Assembly (NCBI RefSeq): GCF_964355755.1
Contig: NC_092675.1
Location: forward strand, 8,923,812 to 8,987,811
Reading direction: 5' to 3'
Source of the DNA: Antedon mediterranea
Taxonomy: Eukaryota > Animalia > Echinodermata
DNA: 64,000 nucleotides
Both the position numbers and the translations under genes were made by a program. The notes under the pieces are model-generated. The model did not search any database, had not been told where the DNA came from, and worked only from the letters and a program-made list of their open reading frames with translations. Every line of letters begins with the position of its first letter. Position 1 is the first letter of the stretch. Shown here one piece after another: positions 1 to 9,202 of the stretch.

Positions 1-91
1 GGTTCTCGTCCGAACACCGCAGTTAAACAACGTCGGGCCTGGTTAGTACTTGGATGGGAGACCGCCTGGGAATACCTGGTGTCGTAGACCT
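1..91 (+). rRNA. 5S_rRNA: 5S rRNA (partial, nt 30-120)
   Basis: 3' part of the array 5S sequence, cut by window start. Confidence 0.93.
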
Positions 92-178
92 ATGTTTAAC
101 TTTTTTAAATTATACTAAACAATGTTTATTTTACCTTTCAATTATGTTTTTTGACAGTAACTATAAAATCTTTCTCAG

Positions 179-207
179 TTATAATCTTGAACCGCAAGTA
201 ACCGAAT
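179..207 (+). promoter_or_regulatory. Upstream TATA-like element (TATAAT at about -28) and conserved TTGAACCGCAAGTAACCGAAY leader (representative copy)
   Basis: TATA-like motif at -25/-30 is typical of many 5S genes. The long-block version has TATATATA at the same distance (1329-1336). Confidence 0.5.
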
Positions 208-327
208 GTCTACAACCATACCACGTTGAAAACACCGGTTCTCGTCCGAACACCGCAGTTAAACAACGTCGGGCCTGGTTAGTACTTGGATGGGAGACCG
301 CCTGGGAATACCTGGTGTCGTAGACCT
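208..327 (+). rRNA. 5S_rRNA: 5S rRNA (array consensus)
   Basis: GTCTACAACCATACCACGTTG...GGTTAGTACTTGGATGGGAGACCGCCTGGGAATAC...GTAGACCT, 120 nt. 5' GTCTAC pairs with 3' GTAGAC. Loop E and box C match eukaryotic 5S. Confidence 0.96.
257..304 (+). promoter_or_regulatory. Pol III type-1 internal control region: box A, intermediate element, box C (representative copy)
   Basis: AGTTAAACAACGTCG (+50-64), CCTGGT (+67-72), TGGATGGGAGACCGCCTG (+80-97). Confidence 0.85.
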
Positions 328-336
328 ATGTTTAAC

Positions 337-342
337 TTTTTT
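337..342 (+). terminator. Pol III oligo-dT terminator (T6), representative copy
   Basis: TTTTTT about 10 nt after each gene end. Confidence 0.8.
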
Positions 343-444
343 AAATTATACTAAATAAAGTTTATTTTACCTTTCAATTATATTTTTATGACAGTAACTA
401 TAAGATCTTTCTAAGTTATAATCTTGAACCGCAAGTAACCGAAC

Positions 445-564
445 GTCTACAACCATACCACGTTGAAAACACCGGTTCTCCTCCGAACACCGCAGTTAAA
501 CAACGTCGGGCCTGGTTAGTACTTGGATGGGAGACCGCCTGGGAATACCTGGTGTCGTAGACCT
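445..564 (+). rRNA. 5S_rRNA: 5S rRNA (G37C)
   Basis: full-length copy. Confidence 0.92.
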
Positions 565-680
565 ATGTTTAACTTTTTTAAATTATACTAAACAATGTTT
601 ATTTTACCTTTCAATTATGTTTTTTGACAGTAACTATAAGATCTTTCTCAGTTATAATCTTGAACCGCAAGTAACCGAAT

Positions 681-733
681 GTCTACAACCGTACCAGGTT
701 GCCTAGCCTGTGAATATCTGTTGTCGTACACCT
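681..733 (+). pseudogene. Internally deleted 5S pseudogene (psi1: nt 1-21 + CCTA + nt 93-120); representative of 50 copies
   Basis: GTCTACAACCGTACCAGGTTG joined to GCCTGTGAATATCTGTTGTCGTACACCT. Other starts: 1831,3156,4543,5693,6781,7932,9319,10470,11621,14070,15221,16373,17760,18911,20535,21686,22836,24461,25612,26764,28151,29302,30454,31841,32992,34617,35767,37156,38306,39631,41018,42168,43256,44407,45794,46945,48569,49720,50870,52195,53345,54670,56057,57444,58594,60154,61304,62392,63543. Confidence 0.88.
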
Positions 734-860
734 GTTTTTATCTTTTTAATAATCCTAAAATATAGTCTCGTTTAAGTGTTTCGATTTTCCAAAAATGTGT
801 TTATACTGTTGATGATAGTATAAGTAAATAAATTCAAACTGTAACCGCAATTAATCGAAA

Positions 861-920
861 GTTTTTAAACTAAACTGCATTGAAAACAACGGTTCTCGTC
901 CGATCACTGAAGTTAAACAA
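861..920 (+). pseudogene. 5'-half 5S pseudogene (psi2: nt ~1-59); representative, starts 180 bp after each psi1 start
   Basis: ...TTGAAAACAACGGTTCTCGTCCGATCACTGAAGTTAAACAA preceded by degenerate leader AACCGCAATTAATCGAAA. Lacks intermediate element and box C. Confidence 0.88.
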
Positions 921-1126
921 GTTTTTGTTCAAAGACATGTTTGTTGTTGTATGTTGCTGCTGTGGTGACGGTACAAACGTCACTGTACTACGCGGGCGTC
1001 CACTTGTGTGCGCGTTTGATTCTTAGCAACAAAGCGGCCTGAATCTTTTGTACATGCCGCTAATGTGTTATGCTTCATTGTACAGTGTTATTGTTTCCTT
1101 TATATTATCTTTTTAAGAACCTCAGT
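921..1126 (+). other. Non-5S segment of unknown origin with three potential hairpins (representative copy)
   Basis: No similarity to 5S or the short spacer. Inverted repeats at 961-987, 990-1015, 1024-1070. Confidence 0.5.
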
Positions 1127-1358
1127 ATAACTTTTTAAATTATACTAAACAAAGTTGAATTTACCTTTCAAGTATGTGTTTCTTCAACAGAAGTGGGTGT
1201 AAATACCAACGTCATGGTTTCAGCAGCTGCTAATTTCAATCCTAGAAAATGTTCTTTAATAAATGAACAAAACTATTAGGTTATAGGATATATATGTTTA
1301 TAGAGATTTTGACAGTGAATATAAGATGTATATATACTTGAACCGCAAGTAACCGAAC

Positions 1359-1478
1359 GTCTACAACCATACCACGTTGAAAACACCGGTTCTCGTCCGA
1401 ACACCGCAGTTAAACAACGTCGGGCCTGGTTAGTACTTGGATGGGAGACCGCCTGGGAATACCTGGTGTCGTAGACCT
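1359..1478 (+). rRNA. 5S_rRNA: 5S rRNA
   Basis: full-length copy. Confidence 0.95.
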
Positions 1479-1594
1479 ATGTTTAACTTTTTTAAATTAT
1501 ACTAAACAATGTTTATTTTACCTTTCAATTATGTTTTTTGACAGTAACTATAAGATCTTTCTCAGTTATAATCTTGAACCGCAAGTAACCGAAT

Positions 1595-1714
1595 GTCTAC
1601 AACCATACCACGTTGAAAACACCGGTTCTCGTCCGAACACCGCAGTTAAACAACGTCGGGCCTGGTTAGTACTTGGATGGAAGACCGCCTGGGAATACCT
1701 GGTGTCGTAGACCT
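1595..1714 (+). rRNA. 5S_rRNA: 5S rRNA (G87A)
   Basis: full-length copy. Confidence 0.9.
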
Positions 1715-2446
1715 ATGTTTAACTTTTTTAAATTATACTAAACAATGTTTATTTTACCTTTCAATTGTGTTTTTTGACAGTAACTATAAGTTCTTTCTCA
1801 GTTATAATCTTGAACCGCAAGTAACTGAATGTCTACAACCGTACCAGGTTGCCTAGCCTGTGAATATCTGTTGTCGTACACCTGTTTTTATCTTTTTAAT
1901 AATCCTAAAATATAGTCTCGTTTAAGTGTTTCTATTTTCCAAAAATGTGTTTATACTGTTGATGATAGTATAAGTAAATAAATTCAAACTGTAACCGCAA
2001 TTAATCGAAAGTTTTTCAACTAAACTGCATTGAAAACAACGGTTCTCGTCCGATCACTGAAGTTAAACAAGTTGTTGTTCAAAGACATGTTTGTTGTTGT
2101 ATGTTGCTGCTGTGGTGACGGTACAAACGTCACTGTACTACGCGGGCGTCCACTTGTGTGCGCGTTTGATTCTTAGCAACAAAGCGGCCTGAATCTTTTG
2201 TACATGCCGCTAATGTGTTATGCTTCATTGTACAGTGTTATTGTTTCCTTTATATTATCTTTTTAAGAACCTCAGTATAACTTTTTAAATTATACTAAAC
2301 AAAGTTGAATTTACCTTTCAAGTATGTGTTTCTTCAACAGAAGTGGGTGTAAATATCAACGTCATGGTTTCAGCAGCTGCTAATTTCAATCCTAGAAAAT
2401 GTTCTATAATAAATGAACAAAAGTATTAGGTTATAAGTAACCGAAC

Positions 2447-2566
2447 GTCTACAACCATACCATGTTGAAAACACCGGTTCTCGTCCGAACACCGCAGTTA
2501 AACAACGTCGGGCCTCGTTAGTACTTGGATGGGAGACCGCCTGGGAATACCTGGTGTCGTAGACCT
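2447..2566 (+). rRNA. 5S_rRNA: 5S rRNA (C17T,G70C)
   Basis: full-length copy; 62-bp upstream deletion. Confidence 0.9.
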
Positions 2567-2682
2567 ATGTTTAACTTTTTTAAATTATACTAAACAATGT
2601 TTATTTTACCTTTCAATTATGTTTTTTGACAGTAACTATAAGATCTTTCTAAGTTATAATCTTGAACCGCAAGTAACCGAAC

Positions 2683-2802
2683 GTCTACAACCATACCACG
2701 TTGAAAACACCGGTTCTCGTCCGAACACCGCAGTTAAACAACGTCGGGCCTGGTTAGTACTTGGATGGGAGACCGCCTGGGAATACCTGGTGTCGTAGAC
2801 CT
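2683..2802 (+). rRNA. 5S_rRNA: 5S rRNA
   Basis: full-length copy. Confidence 0.95.
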
Positions 2803-2918
2803 ATGTTTAACTTTTTTAAATTATACTAAACAATGTTTATTTTACCTTTCAATTATGTTTTTTGACAGTAACTATAAGATCTTTCTCAGTTATAATCTTG
2901 AACCGCAAGGAACCGAAT

Positions 2919-3038
2919 GTCTACAACCATACCACGTTGAAAACACCGGTTCTCGTCCGAACACCGCAGTTAAACAACGTCGGGCCTGGTTAGTACTTGG
3001 ATGGGAGACCGCCTGGGAATACCTGGTGTCGTAGACCT
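2919..3038 (+). rRNA. 5S_rRNA: 5S rRNA
   Basis: full-length copy. Confidence 0.95.
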
Positions 3039-3833
3039 ATGTTTAACTTTTTTAAATTATACTAAATAAAGTTTATTTTACCTTTCAATTATATTTTCAA
3101 GACAGTAACTATAAGATCTTTCTAAGTTCTAATCTTGAACCGCAAGTAACCGAATGTCTACAACCGTACCAGGTTGCCTAGCCTGTGAATATCTGTTGTC
3201 GTACACCTGTTTTTATCTTTTTAATAATCCTAAAATATAGTCTCCTTTAAGTGTTTCGATTTTCCAAAAATGTGTTTATACTGTTGATGATAGTATAAGT
3301 AAATAAATTCAAACTTTAACCGCAATTAATCGAAAGTTTTTCAACTAAACTGCATTGAAAACAACGGTTCTCGTCCGATCACTGAAGTTAAACAAGTTGT
3401 TGTTCAAAGACATGTTTGTTGTTGTATGTTGCTGCTGTGGTGACGGTACAAACGTCACTGTACTACGCGGGCGTCCACTTGTGTGCGCGTTTGATTCTTA
3501 GCAACAAAGCGGCCTGAATCTTTTGTACATGCCGCTAATGTGTTATGCTTCATTGTACAGTGTTATTGTTTCCTTTATATTATCTTTTTAAGAACCTCAG
3601 TATAACTTTTTAAATTATACTAAACAAAGTTGAATTTACCTTTCAAGTATGTGTTTCTTCAACAGAAGTGGGTGTAAATACCAACGTCATGGTTTCAGCA
3701 GCTGCTAATTTCAATCCTAGAAAATGTTCTATAATAAATGAACAAAACTATTAGGTTATAGGATATATATGTTTATAGAGATTTTGACAGTGAATATAAG
3801 ATGTATATATACTTGAACCGCAAGTAACCGAAC

Positions 3834-3953
3834 GTCTACAACCATACCACGTTGAAAACACCGGTTCTCGTCCGAACACCGCAGTTAAACAACGTCGGGC
3901 CTGGTTAGTACTTGGATGGGAGACCGCCTGGGAATACCTGGTGTCGTAGACCT
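3834..3953 (+). rRNA. 5S_rRNA: 5S rRNA
   Basis: full-length copy. Confidence 0.95.
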
Positions 3954-4069
3954 ATGTTTAACTTTTTTAAATTATACTAAACAATGTTTATTTTACCTTT
4001 CAATTATGTTTTTTGACAGTAACTATAAAATCTTTCTCAGTTATAATCTTGAACCGCAAGTAACCGAAT

Positions 4070-4189
4070 GTCTACAACCATACCACGTTGAAAACACCGG
4101 TTCTCGTCCGAACACCGCAGTTAAACAACGTCGGGCCTGGTTAGTACTTGGATGGGAGACCGCCTGGGAATACCTGGTGTCGTAGACCT
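4070..4189 (+). rRNA. 5S_rRNA: 5S rRNA
   Basis: full-length copy. Confidence 0.95.
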
Positions 4190-4306
4190 ATGTTTAACTT
4201 TTTTAAATTATACTAAATAAAGTTTATTTTACCTTTCAATTATATTTTTATGACAGTAACTATAAGATCTTTCTAAGTTATAATCTTGAACCGCAAGTAA
4301 CCGAAC

Positions 4307-4426
4307 GTCTACAACCATACCACGTTGAAAACACCGGTTCTCCTCCGAACACCGCAGTTAAACAACGTCGGGCCTGGTTAGTACTTGGATGGGAGACCGC
4401 CTGGGAATACCTGGTGTCGTAGACCT
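4307..4426 (+). rRNA. 5S_rRNA: 5S rRNA (G37C)
   Basis: full-length copy. Confidence 0.92.
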
Positions 4427-5220
4427 ATGTTTAACTTTTTTAAATTATACTAAACAATGTTTATTTTACCTTTCAATTATGTTTTTTGACAGTAACTATA
4501 AGATCTTTCTCAGTTATAATCTTGAACCGCAAGTAACCGAATGTCTACAACCGTACCAGGTTGCCTAGCCTGTGAATATCTGTTGTCGTACACCTGTTTT
4601 TATCTTTTTAATAATCCTAAAATATAGTCTCGTTTAAGTGTTTCGATTTTCCAAAAATGTGTTTATACTGTTGATGATAGTATAAGTAAATAAATTCAAA
4701 CTGTAACCGCAATTAATCGAAAGTTTTTCAACTAAACTGCATTGAAAACAACGGTTCTCGTCCGATCACTGAAGTTAAACAAGTTGTTGTTCAAAGACAT
4801 GTTTGTTGTTGTATGTTGCTGCTGTGGTGACGGTACAAACGTCACTGTACTACGCGGGCGTCCACTTGTGTGCGCGTTTGATTCTTAGCAACAAAGCGGC
4901 CTGAATCTTTTGTACATGCCGCTAATGTGTTATGCTTCATTGTACAGTGTTATTGTTTCCTTTATATTATCTTTTTAAGAACCTCAGTATAACTTTTTAA
5001 ATTATACTAAACAAAGTTGAATTTACCTTTCAAGTATGTGTTTCTTCAACAGAAGTGGGTGTAAATACCAACGTCATGGTTTCAGCAGCTGCTAATTTCA
5101 ATCCTAGAAAATGTTCTATAATAAATGAACAAAACTATTAGGTTATAGGATATATATGTTTATAGAGATTTTGACAGTGAATATAAGATGTATATATACT
5201 TGAACCGCAAGTAACCGAAC

Positions 5221-5340
5221 GTCTACAACCATACCACGTTGAAAACACCGGTTCTCGTCCGAACACCGCAGTTAAACAACGTCGGGCCTGGTTAGTACTT
5301 GGATGGGAGACCGCCTGGGAATACCTGGTGTCGTAGACCT
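5221..5340 (+). rRNA. 5S_rRNA: 5S rRNA
   Basis: full-length copy. Confidence 0.95.
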
Positions 5341-5456
5341 ATGTTTAACTTTTTTAAATTATACTAAACAATGTTTATTTTACCTTTCAATTATGTTTTT
5401 TGACAGTAACTATAAGATCTTTCTCAGTTATAATCTTGAACCGCAAGTAACCGAAT

Positions 5457-5576
5457 GTCTACAACCATACCACGTTGAAAACACCGGTTCTCGTCCGAAC
5501 ACCGCAGTTAAACAACGTCGGGCCTGGTTAGTACTTGGATGGAAGACCGCCTGGGAATACCTGGTGTCGTAGACCT
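5457..5576 (+). rRNA. 5S_rRNA: 5S rRNA (G87A)
   Basis: full-length copy. Confidence 0.9.
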
Positions 5577-6308
5577 ATGTTTAACTTTTTTAAATTATAC
5601 TAAACAATGTTTATTTTACCTTTCAATTATGTTTTTTGACAGTAACTATAAGTTCTTTCTCAGTTATAATCTTGAACCGCAAGTAACCGAATGTCTACAA
5701 CCGTACCAGGTTGCCTAGCCTGTGAATATCTGTTGTCGTACACCTGTTTTTATCTTTTTAATAATCCTAAAATATAGTCTCGTTTAAGTGTTTCTATTTT
5801 CCAAAAATGTGTTTATACTGTTGATGATAGTATAAGTAAATAAATTCAAACTGTAACCGCAATTAATCGAAAGTTTTTCAACTAAACTGCATTGAAAACA
5901 ACGGTTCTCGTCCGATCACTGAAGTTAAACAAGTTGTTGTTCAAAGACATGTTTGTTGTTGTATGTTGCTGCTGTGGTGACGGTACAAACGTCACTGTAC
6001 TACGCGGGCGTCCACTTGTGTGCGCGTTTGATTCTTAGCAACAAAGCGGCCTGAATCTTTTGTACATGCCGCTAATGTGTTATGCTTCATTGTACAGTGT
6101 TATTGTTTCCTTTATATTATCTTTTTAAGAACCTCAGTATAACTTTTTAAATTATACTAAACAAAGTTGAATTTACCTTTCAAGTATGTGTTTCTTCAAC
6201 AGAAGTGGGTGTAAATATCAACGTCATGGTTTCAGCAGCTGCTAATTTCAATCCTAGAAAATGTTCTATAATAAATGAACAAAAGTATTAGGTTATAAGT
6301 AACCGAAC

Positions 6309-6428
6309 GTCTACAACCATACCATGTTGAAAACACCGGTTCTCGTCCGAACACCGCAGTTAAACAACGTCGGGCCTCGTTAGTACTTGGATGGGAGACC
6401 GCCTGGGAATACCTGGTGTCGTAGACCT
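6309..6428 (+). rRNA. 5S_rRNA: 5S rRNA (C17T,G70C)
   Basis: full-length copy; 62-bp upstream deletion. Confidence 0.9.
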
Positions 6429-6544
6429 ATGTTTAACTTTTTTAAATTATACTAAACAATGTTTATTTTACCTTTCAATTATGTTTTTTGACAGTAACTA
6501 TAAGATCTTTCTAAGTTATAATCTTGAACCGCAAGTAACCGAAC

Positions 6545-6664
6545 GTCTACAACCATACCACGTTGAAAACACCGGTTCTCCTCCGAACACCGCAGTTAAA
6601 CAACGTCGGGCCTGGTTAGTACTTGGATGGGAGACCGCCTGGGAATACCTGGTGTCGTAGACCT
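6545..6664 (+). rRNA. 5S_rRNA: 5S rRNA (G37C)
   Basis: full-length copy. Confidence 0.92.
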
Positions 6665-7458
6665 ATGTTTAACTTTTTTAAATTATACTAAACAATGTTT
6701 ATTTTACCTTTCAATTATGTTTTTTGACAGTAACTATAAGATCTTTCTCAGTTATAATCTTGAACCGCAAGTAACCGAATGTCTACAACCGTACCAGGTT
6801 GCCTAGCCTGTGAATATCTGTTGTCGTACACCTGTTTTTATCTTTTTAATAATCCTAAAATATAGTCTCGTTTAAGTGTTTCTATTTTCCAAAAATGTGT
6901 TTATACTGTTGATGATAGTATAAGTAAATAAATTCAAACTGTAACCGCAATTAATCGAAAGTTTTTCAACTAAACTGCATTGAAAACAACGGTTCTCGTC
7001 CGATCACTGAAGTTAAACAAGTTGTTGTTCAAAGACATGTTTGTTGTTGTATGTTGCTGCTGTGGTGACGGTACAAACGTCACTGTACTACGCGGGCGTC
7101 CACTTGTGTGCGCGTTTGATTCTTAGCAACAACGCGGCCTGAATCTTTTGTACATGCCGCTATTGTGTTATGCTTCTTTGTACAGTGTTATTGTTTCCTT
7201 TATATTATCTTTTTAAGAACCTCAGTATAACTTTTTAAATTATACTAAAAAAAGTTGAATTTACCTTTCAAGTATGTGTTTCTTCAACAGAAGTGGGTGT
7301 AAATACCAACGTCATGGTTTCAGCAGCTGCTAATTTCAATCCTAGAAAATGTTCTATAATAAATGAACAAAACTATTAGGTTATAGGATATATATATTTA
7401 TAGAGATTTTGACAGTGAATATAAGATGTATATATACTTGAACCGCAAGTAACCGAAC

Positions 7459-7578
7459 GTCTACAACCATACCACGTTGAAAACACCGGTTCTCGTCCGA
7501 ACACCGCAGTTAAACAACGTCGGGCCTGGTTAGTACTTGGATGGGAGACCGCCTGGGAATACCTGGTGTCGTAGACCT
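7459..7578 (+). rRNA. 5S_rRNA: 5S rRNA
   Basis: full-length copy. Confidence 0.95.
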
Positions 7579-7694
7579 ATGTTTAACTTTTTTAAATTAT
7601 ACTAAACAATGTTTATTTTACCTTTCAATTATGTTTTTTGACAGTAACTATAAGATCTTTCTCAGTTATAATCTTGAACCGCAAGGAACCGAAT

Positions 7695-7814
7695 GTCTAC
7701 AACCATACCACGTTGAAAACACCGGTTCTCGTCCGAACACCGCAGTTAAACAACGTCGGGCCTGGTTAGTACTTGGATGGGAGACCGCCTGGGAATACCT
7801 GGTGTCGTAGACCT
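7695..7814 (+). rRNA. 5S_rRNA: 5S rRNA
   Basis: full-length copy. Confidence 0.95.
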
Positions 7815-8609
7815 ATGTTTAACTTTTTTAAATTATACTAAATAAAGTTTATTTTACCTTTCAATTATATTTTTATGACAGTAACTATAAGATCTTTCTA
7901 AGTTATAATCTTGAACCGCAAGTAACCGAATGTCTACAACCGTACCAGGTTGCCTAGCCTGTGAATATCTGTTGTCGTACACCTGTTTTTATCTTTTTAA
8001 TAGTCCTAAAATATAGTCTCGTTTAAGTGTTTCGATTTTCCAAAAATGTGTTTATACTGTTGATGATAGTATAAGTAAATAAATTCAAACTGTAACCGCA
8101 ATTAATCGAAAGTTTTTCAACTAAACTGCATTGAAAACAACTGTTCTCGTCCGATCACTGAAGTTAAACAAGTTGTTGTTCAAAGACATGTTTGTTGTTG
8201 TATGTTGCTGCTGTGGTGACGGTACAAACGTCACTGTACTACGCGATCGTCCACTTGTGTGCGCGTTTGATTCTTAGCAACAAAGCGGCCTGAATCTTTT
8301 GTACATGCCGCTATTGTGTTATGCTTCTTTGTACAGTGTTATTATTTCCTTTATATTATCTTTTTAAGAACCTCAGTATAACTTTTTAAATTATACTAAA
8401 CAAAGTTGAATTTACCTTTCAAGTATGTGTTTCTTCAACAGAAGTGGGTGTAAATACCAACGTCATGGTTTCAGCAGCTGCTAATTTCAATCCTAGAAAA
8501 TGTTCTATAATAAATGAACAAAACTATTAGGTTATAGGATATATGTGTTTATAGAGATTTTGACAGTGAATATAAGATTTATATATACTTGAACCGCAAG
8601 TAACCGAAC

Positions 8610-8729
8610 GTCTACAACCATACCATGTTGAAAACACCGGTTCTCGTCCGAACACCGGAGTTAAACAACGTCGGGCCTCGTTAGTACTTGGATGGGAGAC
8701 CGCCTGGGAATACCTGGTGTCGTAGACCT
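8610..8729 (+). rRNA. 5S_rRNA: 5S rRNA (C17T,C49G,G70C)
   Basis: full-length copy. Confidence 0.9.
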
Positions 8730-8846
8730 ATGTTTAACTTTTTTAAATTATACTAAACAAAGTTTATTTTACCTTTCAATTATGTTTTTATGACAGTAAC
8801 TATAAGATCTTTCTAAGTTATAATCTTGAACCGCAAGTAACCGAAC

Positions 8847-8966
8847 GTCTACAACCATACCACGTTGAAAACACCGGTTCTCCTCCGAACACCGCAGTTA
8901 AACAACGTCGGGCCTGGTTAGTACTTGGATGGGAGACCGCCTGGGAATACCTGGTGTCGTAGACCT
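8847..8966 (+). rRNA. 5S_rRNA: 5S rRNA (G37C)
   Basis: full-length copy. Confidence 0.92.
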
Positions 8967-9082
8967 ATGTTTAACTTTTTTAAATTATACTAAACAATGT
9001 TTATTTTACCTTTCAATTATGTTTTTTGACAGTAACTATAAGATCTTTCTCAGTTATAATCTTGAACCGCAAGTAACCGAAT

Positions 9083-9202
9083 GTCTACAACCATACCACG
9101 TTGAAAACACCGGTTCTCGTCCGAACACCGCAGTTAAACAACGTCGGGCCTGGTTAGTACTTGGATGGGAGACCGCCTGGGAATACCTGGTGTCGTAGAC
9201 CT
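9083..9202 (+). rRNA. 5S_rRNA: 5S rRNA
   Basis: full-length copy. Confidence 0.95.

Larger units (their letters stand above)
681..1358 (+). repeat. 678-bp inter-cluster block (representative copy)
   Basis: psi1 + diverged spacer + psi2 + non-5S segment + spacer homolog with extra ~125 bp. Near-identical in all copies. Confidence 0.95.

Noticed and set aside
981-1087. MITE with CACTGTAC...GTACAGTG termini (CACTA/Transib-like)
   Set aside because: The inverted repeat is only 8 bp, there is no target-site duplication, and it does not coincide with the boundaries of the foreign segment.
961-1087. H/ACA snoRNA or canonical SL RNA call
   Set aside because: There is no ANANNA hinge between hairpins and no canonical RAU4-6GR Sm site in a single-stranded position. 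Kept only as an unassigned candidate.
861-1126. SINE3 (5S-headed SINE)
   Set aside because: The head lacks the intermediate element and box C, and retains upstream spacer homology (not retroposed). There is no tail or TSD. GTTCAAAGAC is a poor and misplaced B box.
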